Below are positions 49,949 to 60,044 of a DNA stretch of 64,000 bases, piece after piece. How positions within the stretch are numbered: position 1 is the first letter of the stretch; each line of letters opens with the position of its first letter. Under the pieces are notes generated by a model, which was not told the origin of the DNA, ran no database searches, and saw only the letters and a program-made list of their open reading frames with translations. Both the position numbers and the translations under genes were made by a program. Source of the stretch: Nitrososphaerota archaeon. Lineage in GTDB: Archaea > Thermoproteota > Nitrososphaeria_A > Caldarchaeales > Calditenuaceae. The DNA lies in contig JAVQSZ010000001.1 in the NCBI GenBank assembly GCA_033581555.1, forward strand, positions 32,001 to 96,000. The letters run 5' to 3'.

Positions 49949-52138
49949 TCAGGCCTCCTCGATATAGTCCTCGATCGTCGGGAGCTTCAGCGGCATCCCC
50001 TTCCTCTTCCTGATCTCCGTGATGACCCTCTCGAAGAGCGAGGCCGGCACGGGGCGCCAGGCGGCGAACTCCATCCCCCAGAAGGCCTTCCCCATCGTAG
50101 CGGCCCTCATCTGGTCCGCGAGGTCTCCGGCCTCGGCAGCGGGTATCTCGCCGATCACGGTCGTGACGTACTCGGTCTGGACGACGTTCGCGATCCTGCC
50201 GCGCCTCGACGAGATGATCGAGGTCACCGCGCCCATGAAGTCCTGGGGGACCTTCACGTCGATCCTCATTATCGGCTCCAGCAGCGTCGGCTCCGCGGTC
50301 AGCATGCTGGCGTAGATGGACCTCCAGGTCGCGGGCGCTATCTGGGCGAGGCCCCTGTGGACCGGGTCCTCGTGGAGGTCGACGTTGACCAGGACAACCT
50401 TGAGGCCCCTGACCTTCTCGCCAGCTAATGGCCCCTCCTGCACGACCCTCTGGAACCCGCTCAGGATGTAGGCCTTCGTCTCGTGGAGGTACTGGGCGCC
50501 CTTGGTCATGTCGACGAAGACGTTCCCGTTCGGGTCGATCGACCAGACGCCCCTCGCCTCGTCCGAGTCCCACCCGTGGTCCCTCAGGATCTTCGCGATC
50601 GTCCTCCTGTCCATCTCCTCGAAGAGCTCTCCCCTCCTGATCAGCTCTACGATCTCGTCCTCGAGCTTCTCGACGTAGATGTAGATCTTGTTGTGCTTGT
50701 TAGGCGACTTGCCCTCGAAGACCTTCCCGCGCTTCAGCACCGACTCCCTGTAGAGGATGATCGGCTTTCCGGCGACCACCTCCAGGCCGGCCTTCTGGAT
50801 CCAGGTCAGGGCGATCTCGAGGTGGAGGGTCCCCATCCCGCTGATCAGGTATTCCCCGGTCTCGGGGCGTATCGTCGTGACGAGGGTCGGGTCCTCGATC
50901 GTGAGCTTGTTCAGGAACTCGACGAGCTTAGGGAGGTCCCTGCTGTGCTTCGGCTCTATCGCGACCGTCACCACCGGGTCCGAGACGTACTTCAGCGACT
51001 CGAACGGAACCATATCGATCGTCGAGATCGTGTCCCCGGCCCTCGCGTCCTCTATCCCGAGGAGCGCCGGTATGTTGCCCGCGGGGAGCTCGTTGACTAT
51101 CTCCCTGTTCGGGCCCATGTAGACGGTGACCTGCTGAACCCTCGACTCGATGTTCCTCCCCACCAGCTTAACGACGTCACCGTCCTTGATCGTACCACTG
51201 AAGAGCCTGCCCGTCGCCACCACTCCGGCTTGCGGGTCGACCTTGACGTCCGTGACGATCATGACTGGAATTCCCGAATCGCTGCACTCGATCATGTCCT
51301 TCCCGACCTCGGACTCGATGTCGCCCTTCCAGATCTTCGGGATCCTGTAGCGCTGCGCGACGTTCGGCGACGGGTGGTTCCTCACGACCATCTCGAGCAC
51401 GGCCTCGTGAAGGGGCAGGTTTTCCCTCAGCCAGTCCATGTTCCCCTCGTTGAAGGCCTTGACGATGTCGCTGAACTTGATCCCCTTCCTCTGGGCCTGC
51501 TGGAGCGTAAAGCCCCACCGGTCCTTCGAGCTGCCCATCGCGACCGTCCCGGCCTGGAAGCTGACCTTCCAAGCGTCCCTGTACTGAGGCTCCGCGTACA
51601 TCTCGATCAGCCTGTTGACCTCCAGCACGATCCTGCTGATAATCTCCTGTATCTTGTCTGGAGTCAGCCTCAGCTCCTTGATCAATCGGTCGATCTTGTT
51701 GATGTAGAGGACCGGCCTCACCCTCTCCGCGAGGGCCTGCCTGATGACCGTCTCGGTCTGGGTCATCACGCCCTCCACCGAGTCGACGACCACGATCGCA
51801 CCGTCGATCGCCCTCAGGGCCCTCGTGACCCTCCCCGAGAAGTCGACGTGACCCGGTGTGTCTATCAGGTTGATCACGTAGGGCTTCCCGTCCATCTCGT
51901 AGTAGAGCGAGATGTTCGCGGCCTTGATCGTCATCTGCCTCTGCTGTTCCTCCTCGAGGTAGTCGAGGGCCAGCGCCCTCCCCGCGAGCGCCGGAGAGAG
52001 GAGGCCCGCCGCCGCCAGCAGCGAGTCGGTCGTCGTGGTCTTCCCGTGGTCGACGTGGGCTATGATCCCTATGTTCCTGATCTGCTCCTTGTTCCGCAGT
52101 ATCTCCTTTACCTCCGAGATCTTCTTCACCCTAGGCAT
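49949..52138 (-). CDS. fusA: Translation elongation factor aEF-2
   Basis: AHVDHGKTT, DTPGHVDF, NKID, KSPNKHN, diphthamide loop HEDPVHRG; start ATG 52138. Confidence 0.97.
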   Translation of the reverse strand: MPRVKKISEVKEILRNKEQIRNIGIIAHVDHGKTTTTDSLLAAAGLLSPALAGRALALDYLEEEQQRQMTIKAANISLYYEMDGKPYVINLIDTPGHVDFSGRVTRALRAIDGAIVVVDSVEGVMTQTETVIRQALAERVRPVLYINKIDRLIKELRLTPDKIQEIISRIVLEVNRLIEMYAEPQYRDAWKVSFQAGTVAMGSSKDRWGFTLQQAQRKGIKFSDIVKAFNEGNMDWLRENLPLHEAVLEMVVRNHPSPNVAQRYRIPKIWKGDIESEVGKDMIECSDSGIPVMIVTDVKVDPQAGVVATGRLFSGTIKDGDVVKLVGRNIESRVQQVTVYMGPNREIVNELPAGNIPALLGIEDARAGDTISTIDMVPFESLKYVSDPVVTVAIEPKHSRDLPKLVEFLNKLTIEDPTLVTTIRPETGEYLISGMGTLHLEIALTWIQKAGLEVVAGKPIILYRESVLKRGKVFEGKSPNKHNKIYIYVEKLEDEIVELIRRGELFEEMDRRTIAKILRDHGWDSDEARGVWSIDPNGNVFVDMTKGAQYLHETKAYILSGFQRVVQEGPLAGEKVRGLKVVLVNVDLHEDPVHRGLAQIAPATWRSIYASMLTAEPTLLEPIMRIDVKVPQDFMGAVTSIISSRRGRIANVVQTEYVTTVIGEIPAAEAGDLADQMRAATMGKAFWGMEFAAWRPVPASLFERVITEIRKRKGMPLKLPTIEDYIEEA

Positions 52139-52248
52139 CCCGCACCGCCGATCCTCCGCCCCGCTCACTTAAAAACTGAAGGACGAAAGGCGTCACGAGG
52201 GCTTCGCGCTCCTCTCTTCGGGAAGATCCACTTTGCCACCATGCCATA

Positions 52249-52323
52249 TAGCGGGGGGTGGATTTGAACCACCGATCTCCGGGTTATGAGCCCGGCGGGT
52301 TAACCTGGCTACCCTACCCCGCT
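52249..52323 (-). tRNA. Initiator tRNA-Met(CAT)
   Basis: AGCGGGG start (A1:U72), CCGGG-CTCATAA-CCCGG with three G:C pairs, T loop TTCAAAT. Confidence 0.95.
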
Positions 52324-52455
52324 ACCGATATACTCTCGTGCCCGCAATTTAAACTTCGCAAACTGCGCCATAAGGACCACGCGGTAGAGAAGGCGAAGCG
52401 ATGCGCTCAGGCCGGCGAGGATCCCCGGCCCCGACCTCTACACCGGAGACCTAAC

Positions 52456-52734
52456 TCAGATCTCGAACTTCTCCTCCTCGACCTCTCCGCCGGGCTTGTT
52501 GAGGCGCTCGACGGCCCACACGATCTCCTCGAGCCGCTTGTCGTTGATCAGCCTCCTGAACGTCTCCAGCTCCGGGACCGTCCTGATTATCAGACCTCTC
52601 CTCTTCTTCGGGAGGCCGTACTCGTCGACCGGGTTGATCTCGACGATCAGCGCTGCGGGCTTCCTCTTCCCCGCAGGCGTCCAGATGACGAACGCTCGAC
52701 CACACAGATCGCGATAAGTTCGCCGCGGCGTCAC
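52456..52734 (-). CDS. Small conserved-looking archaeal hypothetical protein, N-terminus uncertain or truncated
   Basis: L.VEINPVDE.G.PKKRRGLIIR...EL..F..LI...L; typical codon usage only from about 52700 down. Confidence 0.6.
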   Translation of the reverse strand: MTPRRTYRDLCGRAFVIWTPAGKRKPAALIVEINPVDEYGLPKKRRGLIIRTVPELETFRRLINDKRLEEIVWAVERLNKPGGEVEEEKFEI

Positions 52735-53207
52735 CAGATCCGGTCCCGCATTCTATTGGGACGATAAATAACATAAAACTGAGCGAGCGGACCTCTTCGT
52801 GTCGACGAGCGCTGAACGCGCTCGGGCCTATGAACGCCCTCCGCCCCTGCTCAGCGAGAACTGAGTCGACTGTCGGCAGCACGCCCCGCCCCTTGAAGGG
52901 CGACCCACGGACGCTCAATACGCCCCTCCGAGTCCGCGAACTTCGCTAAACGGATGTCCAGTGCTGTTATGTCATTTGCTAAGTCGCATGGGTGCTTATT
53001 ATCTAATGATCACAGCATACTCGCCTTTACCGATTCAAATGTACGCCATTATAGAACTCTTCACGATTTGTGTCCACAGACTTAACGCACCGGGCTTGAT
53101 CGCAGGCCGGTGATATGAATAGGCAAGGTTAATATAATAGCAGCAGACGGGGGCGCGGCAGCGATGCTAAAGGACGGACAGAAGCCGCGAGGGGGTGTCC
53201 ATAAGCC

Positions 53208-54512
53208 GTGAAGGAGGCGGTATCGGTGTCGGAAGGACGGGCGGTCGTAGCGAGCTACCTGAGACTTCCTAAGAGGGAGGCGATCGAGTTCTGGAACGAC
53301 GATCGTATAACGCATATTAGAGCTTTGGCGACAACTGGAAAGCCTCAGTTCGTTTGGGACCCTTGCAAAGAGGGGTCGCGGAGGGTCTTGGACAGGGTGA
53401 AGTTCAGGGCGGAGCTCGAGGACCGCGGGGACCAGGTGGACGCGACGGAGCCCGGAGACGGATTCGACGTCTCAGTGGAGATCGGATACGGGAGGATCTG
53501 GATGGCGGCTCCCCTCTACCTCGGGGACATGTCGTTCGGCGCGCTGAGCGGCGTCCCTAACGTCGCGCTCGCGAGGGCTGCGGACGAGACCTACACCCTC
53601 TGCGGGATCGGGGAGGGAGGAGTCCACCCCGATGTCGGGAGGTGCAGGAGGATCTTCGTCCAGTGGGCCTCGGCGAGGTTCGGGCTGGACCTGGGAGCGC
53701 TCAGGCTCGGGATGGGAACGGTCATCAAGATCGGGCAGGGAGCGAAGCCGGGGATAGGTGGGCACCTGCCAGGGACCAAGGTCGTAGAGGTCATCTCGAG
53801 GACTAGGAGGATCCCGGTCGGGGTCGACGCGATATCACCGGCGCCGCACCACGACATTTACTCGATCGAGGACCTGGAGCAGAGGATCTGGGCCCTGAAG
53901 GAGGCTACGGGCAAGCCGGTCTTCGTGAAGGTCGCCGCGACCAATTACGTCCCCTATGTCGCCGCCGGCGTCGCGAGGATGGGCGCCGACGGGATCATCA
54001 TCGACGGCCACGGCGCAGGGACCGGCGCGGCTCCATGGGTCGTGAGGGACAACGTCGGCATACCGATTGAGCTCGCGGTCTCCTCAGTGGATAGGATGCT
54101 GAGGAGGGAGGGCATGAGGGAAGGCTTCACGGTCATCGCGGCGGGGAGGGTCAGCAGCGCCGAGGACACTGCGAAGCTGATGGCGCTCGGGGCCGACTGC
54201 GTCTCCATAGCCACCGCGGCGCTCATCGCGATGGGGTGCGTCATGGTCCACAAGTGCCACTTGGGCTTCTGCCCCGCAGTCCTGACCAACAGGATAGAGG
54301 ACGACCCGAGGAAGGTGCTCTCGCTTGAGACGGCGACGAGGTGGGTCGTGAACCTGATCAAGGGGTGGTCGGCTGAGCTGAAGCTGATCCTCGAGAGGAT
54401 CGGCGTGAACAGCGTCAGGGAGCTCGTCGGGAGGAGGGACCTGCTGGTCGCTGACGGCGTCTCTGAGGACTCGAGGAGGGCGATGGGCCTCGAGGGGCGA
54501 GGTCTGGACTAA
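53208..54512 (+). CDS. Glutamate synthase FMN-binding subunit (GltB domain 2-type)
   Basis: [57 protein letters not shown]...CP. Confidence 0.93.
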   Translation: MKEAVSVSEGRAVVASYLRLPKREAIEFWNDDRITHIRALATTGKPQFVWDPCKEGSRRVLDRVKFRAELEDRGDQVDATEPGDGFDVSVEIGYGRIWMAAPLYLGDMSFGALSGVPNVALARAADETYTLCGIGEGGVHPDVGRCRRIFVQWASARFGLDLGALRLGMGTVIKIGQGAKPGIGGHLPGTKVVEVISRTRRIPVGVDAISPAPHHDIYSIEDLEQRIWALKEATGKPVFVKVAATNYVPYVAAGVARMGADGIIIDGHGAGTGAAPWVVRDNVGIPIELAVSSVDRMLRREGMREGFTVIAAGRVSSAEDTAKLMALGADCVSIATAALIAMGCVMVHKCHLGFCPAVLTNRIEDDPRKVLSLETATRWVVNLIKGWSAELKLILERIGVNSVRELVGRRDLLVADGVSEDSRRAMGLEGRGLD

Positions 54513-54558
54513 GGAGCTCGCGTCGAGGCTCAGGCAGCTCTCCGGAGCCGAAGGCAAG

Positions 54559-55515
54559 TTGGCAGGCGAGCCCCCGATCGTCAGCATGGGGTCGACCGCG
54601 CCGCCCTCGGTCGACGAGCCTAGATTCATCCTCGACCGCATCGTCTCAGACGGCGCCCAGGTTACCAGGCCCAGCATAGACCCTTACAGGGAACCTGTCG
54701 AGACGCACCTCTACCTCTTCGCGGGATCGGTGAGGCTCTCGATGCCCGTCGCGGTCGGAGGCCTCGCGGAGCTGACCTTCAAGGAGGCCGCCGAGGTCGT
54801 GAAGGCCTGTTATAGGATGGGCGTCCTCGTCGACCTCCACGGTCTTAGGGAGATCCCTGTCGAGGCAGTCAGGAGGGGGACCCACGTCCTGGCTCCGCAC
54901 GACGCGGTCAACTCGGGAGAGTTCAACGCGGTCCAAATGACCGTCAGGAGCCCCGGAGCCCTGAACGAGGTCGCCGGCGCACTACCCTTTGAGAGGAAGT
55001 CGGTGGTGGCAAGGGTTCCGCCCCTGGAGGACTCTGAGTTCTACAGGAGCGTCTGCGCTGCCGGCTTCAACGGGATAATCGTCGACGAGGAGATCGGGCA
55101 CCGGGATGCGGTGGAGCTCGAGATCGCCACGTCGGCATGCGACAGGGCCCTGAAGGTCCCTGGGCCCGACGGCCTCCCCCTTAGGAACCGCGTGAACCTC
55201 ATGGCCTCCTCGGAGAGGATCAGGTCCTCAGCCGACGCGTTCAAGTTGATCGGGCTGGGAGCGGAAGTCGTCGTGTTCACGAGGAGCTGGAAAGTCGCGG
55301 TCGACTACGGCCCCGGGATGGAAGAGTCCCTGCTCGCGGAGAGGCTCGAGTACTTCTTGACTGGCGTCCAGAGGGAGCTCAAGCTGCTGGCCGGCGCCGC
55401 GGGGGTTAGCTCGCTCTGGTCCTCGCTGACCGGGTCCAGGGAGCTCTTCAGGTCGATCGAGCTCGAGAGGCCCGTCAGGTTGAAGCTGGGGGTGAAGTCC
55501 GCGGGTGAGTGGTGA
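54559..55515 (+). CDS. Degenerate glutamate synthase FMN-barrel paralogue
   Basis: SMGS, LDRI...AQVTRPSIDP.RE, LRNRV.L.AS..IRSSAD.FK...LGA; lacks GQGAK and the Cys cluster; true start may lie near 54502. Confidence 0.78.
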   Translation: MAGEPPIVSMGSTAPPSVDEPRFILDRIVSDGAQVTRPSIDPYREPVETHLYLFAGSVRLSMPVAVGGLAELTFKEAAEVVKACYRMGVLVDLHGLREIPVEAVRRGTHVLAPHDAVNSGEFNAVQMTVRSPGALNEVAGALPFERKSVVARVPPLEDSEFYRSVCAAGFNGIIVDEEIGHRDAVELEIATSACDRALKVPGPDGLPLRNRVNLMASSERIRSSADAFKLIGLGAEVVVFTRSWKVAVDYGPGMEESLLAERLEYFLTGVQRELKLLAGAAGVSSLWSSLTGSRELFRSIELERPVRLKLGVKSAGEW

Positions 55516-57589
55516 ACCCCTCGACCTTACCCACGTGAAGTCCGGGTGCGGCGTCTTCGGCGTCCTGAAGAAGAGGGGAGCCCCGCCGATCGGCCCGGAG
55601 GTCGCGTTGACCGGGATAGAGTGCGTCAGGTACAGGGGGAGCAGGTTCGGTGCGGGCTTCGGGCTGGTCAGGCTGGACCAGCGCAGGAGGAGGGTCAAGG
55701 CCTTCGCGGCGTCGAAGGAGGTCGCAGAGGAGCTGAAGGAGGAGCTCCTGAGGAGGGTCGGCAATGTCGAGTCGATCGGGCCGGAATACGCCTTCGACGG
55801 CAAGGTCTACACGTCCTACGTCTTCGAGCTAGTCGACGAGCCCGGAGAGAGGCAGCTGAGGAGGGCCGTCAACGAGGTCAACCGGGCCTTCTCGAAGCCG
55901 AACCTGAGGGCGAGGGTCTACTCCTGGGGGAGGCACGTCGAGGTCTTCAAGGGCGTCGGGTACCCCTCCGACGTCTACGAGCTCTACTCGCTGGGAGAGC
56001 GGATCGATGCCGCCGACGTCTGGCTATCTCACACGAGACAGCCGACGAACTCCCCGGGCAGGCTCCCGATCTGGTCCCACCCGTTCTCCTCCGGGGAGTG
56101 GGCGATAGTCCACAACGGCGACGTCAGCTCCTTCGGCGCTAACATGGAGTTCCTCTCGGCGCTCGGCGTCGAAAGCTTCGTCGGGACTGACAGCGAGGTC
56201 ATCGCGCTCCTGCTCGACTACCTCACTTCGGAGCTCGGGCTCGGGCTCGAGGACGCCTGCAGGGCCCTCGTGAACCCCTTCGAGTCATCGGGGGACGGGC
56301 TGTCGGGTAGGCTCCTCAGCGCGCTCAGGGGCTCCCAGCTCGACGGCCCCTTCTCGATCGTCGCGGGGTTCTCCGACGGCACCGATGCCTACATGGTCGT
56401 GCTCGTGGACCGGTTCAAGTTCAGGCCGCTGGTGGTGGGCGAGGACGAGCATTACGTTTACGCGGCGAGCGAGGAGGCCCAGATCAGGACGGTCTCCCCC
56501 GACGCGAGGGTCTGGACGATCGAGCCTGGAGGGTACATGATCGCCTCGACCAGCAAAGGCGTGATCAGGCACGGGAGGAGGGCCGTGGAGCTCTTCACGA
56601 GGTTCAGCGCGACCTTAAGGCCTCCGAGCCCCTCGGGGGTAGTGATAGACGCGCGCGGGCTCAGCTACCCCAAGATCAACGCGACTCTGAGGGAGCTCGC
56701 GGCACGGGGGCACCCGGAGGCGAGCCTGCTCAACGTCTCCGGCCAGAGGTACATCGGAGTGGGCGTCGACAGGCCGATCAGGGTCAAGGTCTACGGGACG
56801 CCTGGCAACTGCCTCGCGAACCTCAACGACTGCGTCGACTTCGAGGTCTTCGGGTCCGTGCAGGACGACGTCGCGGACGTGATGCACGGCGGGAGCGTCG
56901 TGGTCCACGGCGACGCGAGGGACGTTCTGGGTCAGGCGCTGCAGGGCGGGCACGTCTTCGTCAGGGGCAACGCGGGGAACAGGTGCGGGATCCAGATGAG
57001 GGAGTACGCGCACAAGAGGCCGTACCTAGTGGTCGGTGGCAGGGTCGACGATTACCTCGGCGAGTACATGGCCGGAGGCGTCGCCGTGGTCCTCGGTCTG
57101 GGCTACGTCGAGAGCGGGATCGTCCCGGTCGGCAGGTTCGTCGGCTCCGGGATGGTCGGCGGCAGGATACTGGTCAGGGGGGTGGTCCCCAGGGACAGGA
57201 TCGGCTACCTCCCGCCGAGGGAGGACGTCCTTCAGTACCTCAGGGGCCTCGCGCTCGATGGCGACCTAAACCATGAGACGTACAGGAGGCTCGCCTCGGA
57301 GCCGCACCTAGACTACGACTCACTGAGGGCGGTCCTTCCGCAGGACCTCCTCAGGAGGGTCGCGAAGCTCTTCGAGCACAAATACTTCCGGAGGCTAAAG
57401 GTGGAGCGGGTCTCCCTCTACGACGAGGGGTTCGCGGACGTCGAGTCGGTCCTGGTGGAGTTCGCGAAAAAGCTCTCGATCGAGCGCGAGGTCAGCGCGG
57501 CTCTCGAGGATGACTTCACGCTCATCGAGCCGCACCGCGACGCAAGGTCCGTGACTCCGAGGGCCGAGACGCCGAAGGAGGAGGGATGA
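55505..57589 (+). CDS. Glutamate synthase Ntn-amidotransferase plus GXGXG domain subunit
   Basis: CGVFG, H.RQPTN, HPF, HNG, TDSE, DGPF, RP, ASEE; C-terminal GQRYIG, PGN, G.AG.R.G..M, GEYMAGG, GMVGG. Confidence 0.9.
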   Translation: MSGEPLDLTHVKSGCGVFGVLKKRGAPPIGPEVALTGIECVRYRGSRFGAGFGLVRLDQRRRRVKAFAASKEVAEELKEELLRRVGNVESIGPEYAFDGKVYTSYVFELVDEPGERQLRRAVNEVNRAFSKPNLRARVYSWGRHVEVFKGVGYPSDVYELYSLGERIDAADVWLSHTRQPTNSPGRLPIWSHPFSSGEWAIVHNGDVSSFGANMEFLSALGVESFVGTDSEVIALLLDYLTSELGLGLEDACRALVNPFESSGDGLSGRLLSALRGSQLDGPFSIVAGFSDGTDAYMVVLVDRFKFRPLVVGEDEHYVYAASEEAQIRTVSPDARVWTIEPGGYMIASTSKGVIRHGRRAVELFTRFSATLRPPSPSGVVIDARGLSYPKINATLRELAARGHPEASLLNVSGQRYIGVGVDRPIRVKVYGTPGNCLANLNDCVDFEVFGSVQDDVADVMHGGSVVVHGDARDVLGQALQGGHVFVRGNAGNRCGIQMREYAHKRPYLVVGGRVDDYLGEYMAGGVAVVLGLGYVESGIVPVGRFVGSGMVGGRILVRGVVPRDRIGYLPPREDVLQYLRGLALDGDLNHETYRRLASEPHLDYDSLRAVLPQDLLRRVAKLFEHKYFRRLKVERVSLYDEGFADVESVLVEFAKKLSIEREVSAALEDDFTLIEPHRDARSVTPRAETPKEEG

Positions 57590-57687
57590 CCCGCAAGCTC
57601 TCCACGTAGTACCTCGAAGCTTCGCAGGACTTGGCCGAAATCGGCGAGTCATCAACGGCTAAATGCGGACCTTCTGGACGTCACGCC

Positions 57688-57930
57688 GTGAACGGGGCCA
57701 GGCTCGGACTGGTGCTCTCGCTTGCGGGGATCGCACTCTCACTGGGGCCCGTGCTCTCTGGAGCGATGCTCTTCCACGCCGGACTCCACGGCCTCTACGA
57801 GCTCCTGATAGTCGGGAACGCCTCAACGCTGCAGGTCCCCCTATCACTGTTCCTCTCGCTGCTCGCGGCCCCCCTGACGCTAGTCGGGCTCCGGGAGTTC
57901 AGGAAGGGTGTTCGGGAGAACGGGGGCTAG
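57688..57930 (+). CDS. Small two-TM membrane protein, similar to the N-terminus of 26823-27479
   Basis: GLVLSLAG..L.P ... L.LS....P..L.G...FRKGVRE. Confidence 0.68.
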   Translation: MNGARLGLVLSLAGIALSLGPVLSGAMLFHAGLHGLYELLIVGNASTLQVPLSLFLSLLAAPLTLVGLREFRKGVRENGG

Positions 57931-59048
57931 GCCTCTCTGGCCAACTCGACGGCCCTCCTCGCGGCCTCCTCCATTGACCTGAAGTACTCGTACCCGTTCT
58001 CCTTCAAGATCCTCTGGCCCTCCTCCTCCCGCGTCCCGACGAGCCTCACGACCAGCTTCACGTCCCTCCCCGACGACTTGAGGGCCCTCACCAGACCCGT
58101 CGCGACCTCGTCGCAGCGCGTTATCCCTCCCAGCACGTTGACGAAGACGACCTTCACCGACTCCTTCGAGAGGAGCAGGCTCACAGCGCTCTCGACCCTC
58201 TTCGCGTCCGCGCCTCCCCCGATGTCGAGGAAGTTCGCTGGACGACCGCCGTAGTGCTTGACGAGGTCCATCGTGGCCATCGTGAGACCGGCGCCGTTGC
58301 AGATTACCCCGATGTTCCCGTCGAGCTCGACGTAGCTGAACCCCAGCTCCCTCGCGACCTCCTCCAGGTCCCTCTCCCTCTCGAACTTCAGGCCGTTGAC
58401 CCGGGCGAAGTTGTCGTCGACGATGACCTTCGCGTCCAGGGCGAGGAGCCTGCCGTCCTCGGTGACGGCCAAGGGGTTGATCTCCGCCAGCTCGCATCCG
58501 TAATCCGCGTAGAGCGAGTAGAGGCCCCTCAGCGTCCTCGAGAGATCGCCGGCGAGCTCGCCCGGGACACCTAGGAATGAGTGGACCTTCCTCACGTGGT
58601 AGTCCCTGATCCCTACGAGCGGGCTGAGCGTCAGCCTCAGTATTCTGTCTGGATGGGTCGCTGCGATCTCCTCGATGTCGACGCCGCCCATCGGCGAGGC
58701 GAGGAGGACGTGGCCCCTGTTTGTCCTGTCGACCGTCAGCGAGAGGTAAAGCTCCCTCGAGACCCTCACCAGCTCCGCGACCAGCAGCCTCCTGACGGCC
58801 TCGCCCCTGATCCGCATCGAGAGGAGCTCCCTCGCGACCGCCTCGGCCTCCTCCGGCGACCTCACCGCCCTTATCCCGCCCGCCTTCCCCCTACCGCCGA
58901 CTAGGACCTGCGCCTTGAGGACCGCCTGGCCGCCCAACCGCTCGACCGCCCTCCTAGCCTCCTCGGGCGTCGACGCGAGGAAGGACTTCGGTGCAGGGAT
59001 GTTGTACCTGTTGAAGAGCTCGACCGCCTCGTGCTCGTAAAGCTTCAT
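57927..59048 (-). CDS. sucC: Succinyl-CoA synthetase beta subunit
   Basis: MKLYEHE, KAQV..GGRGKAGG, GGVDIEE, EINPL, NGAGLTMATMD, ANFLDIGGG, GGITRCD. Confidence 0.95.
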   Translation of the reverse strand: MKLYEHEAVELFNRYNIPAPKSFLASTPEEARRAVERLGGQAVLKAQVLVGGRGKAGGIRAVRSPEEAEAVARELLSMRIRGEAVRRLLVAELVRVSRELYLSLTVDRTNRGHVLLASPMGGVDIEEIAATHPDRILRLTLSPLVGIRDYHVRKVHSFLGVPGELAGDLSRTLRGLYSLYADYGCELAEINPLAVTEDGRLLALDAKVIVDDNFARVNGLKFERERDLEEVARELGFSYVELDGNIGVICNGAGLTMATMDLVKHYGGRPANFLDIGGGADAKRVESAVSLLLSKESVKVVFVNVLGGITRCDEVATGLVRALKSSGRDVKLVVRLVGTREEEGQRILKENGYEYFRSMEEAARRAVELAREA

Positions 59049-59149
59049 TCACGGTCCCGCGCCAGCCTCGGTTAATAACTATACGCGCCGTCGGCCCAAC
59101 CTCGTCGTTCTTGTGCGATCCTTAAAGCCGGGGACGGCTACGTCGGGAC

Positions 59150-59929
59150 GTGGTAGAGGTCCACGTCTGCGTGAAGGAGAGCGTGGACGTCTCTAGCCTC
59201 GAGCACGACCCGAGGACCTTGAGCCCGCTGCTGGAGAAGGCGCAGAGGAAGGTGGGAGACTTCGAGATGAACGCCCTCGAGGAGGCGGTGAGGATCAAGG
59301 AGAGGCACGGCGGCGTCGTGAAGATCCTTTCGGTGGGGCCGGCGGTCCAGACGATCACGCTGAGGGAGGCGCTAGCGATCGGGGCCGACGAGGCCTACGT
59401 CGTCTCGTCGCCGGAGCTGAGGGACGCTGACCCGTGGGTCCTCGCGAACGTGCTGGCAGCGCTCTCTAAGAGGGCTGGGAAGGCAGACGTGATCGTATGC
59501 GGAGAGGCCTCGGTCGACGAGAGCAATTACCAGGTTGGCCCTAGGATCGCCGAGGAGCTCGGTATCCCCTCGCTGACCCACGTCTCGAGGCTAGAGATCA
59601 GCGACGGTAAGGCGATCGCTCAGAGATCACTGGAGGACGGGATCGAAGTGGTGGAGGTCCGGCTCCCGGCAGTCTTCACCGTCGGCCTCGAGATCAACAC
59701 GCCCAGGCTCCCGAGCCTCTTGATGATACGGGCCTCAGCGAAGAAGCCTATCCATCAGGTCCAGCTCCACGAGCTCGGGCTCCCACGCGAGAAGCTCACG
59801 CCGAAGGTGAAAACGACGTCCGTCAAGGTGATGAGGACCGAGAGGAAGAGGGTAGTCCTAGAGGGGAAGCCGGACGAGGTCGCGGAGAAGCTGATCGCGA
59901 GCCTCAGGAGCGATGGCGTCCTCAGGTGA
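59150..59929 (+). CDS. etfB: Electron transfer flavoprotein beta subunit
   Basis: VCVK, NALEEA.R.KE, ALAIGAD, G..S.D....QVG...AE.LG.P, N.PR.PS. Confidence 0.93.
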   Translation: MVEVHVCVKESVDVSSLEHDPRTLSPLLEKAQRKVGDFEMNALEEAVRIKERHGGVVKILSVGPAVQTITLREALAIGADEAYVVSSPELRDADPWVLANVLAALSKRAGKADVIVCGEASVDESNYQVGPRIAEELGIPSLTHVSRLEISDGKAIAQRSLEDGIEVVEVRLPAVFTVGLEINTPRLPSLLMIRASAKKPIHQVQLHELGLPREKLTPKVKTTSVKVMRTERKRVVLEGKPDEVAEKLIASLRSDGVLR

Positions 59930-60044
59930 GCTCAGGCCTCTTCGTGGCCCTGAGGTACTCGTAGACGACGTAGAGTACCATGCCCAGCGCGAAGGAGAGG
60001 AAGGCGTAGCCGTAGAACGCGTCGAACATCTGCTCCCAGGTCAT
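59922..60044 (-). CDS. 40-aa single-pass membrane microprotein (not in ORF track)
   Basis: MTWEQMFDAFYGYAFLSFALGMVLYVVYEYLRATKRPELT; nearly all codons end in G/C; purine-rich GGGGAGAG upstream. Confidence 0.6.
   Translation of the reverse strand: MTWEQMFDAFYGYAFLSFALGMVLYVVYEYLRATKRPELT

Noticed and set aside
50483-52267. 594-aa plus-strand ORF antisense to EF-2
   Set aside because: A shadow ORF of a strongly biased gene.
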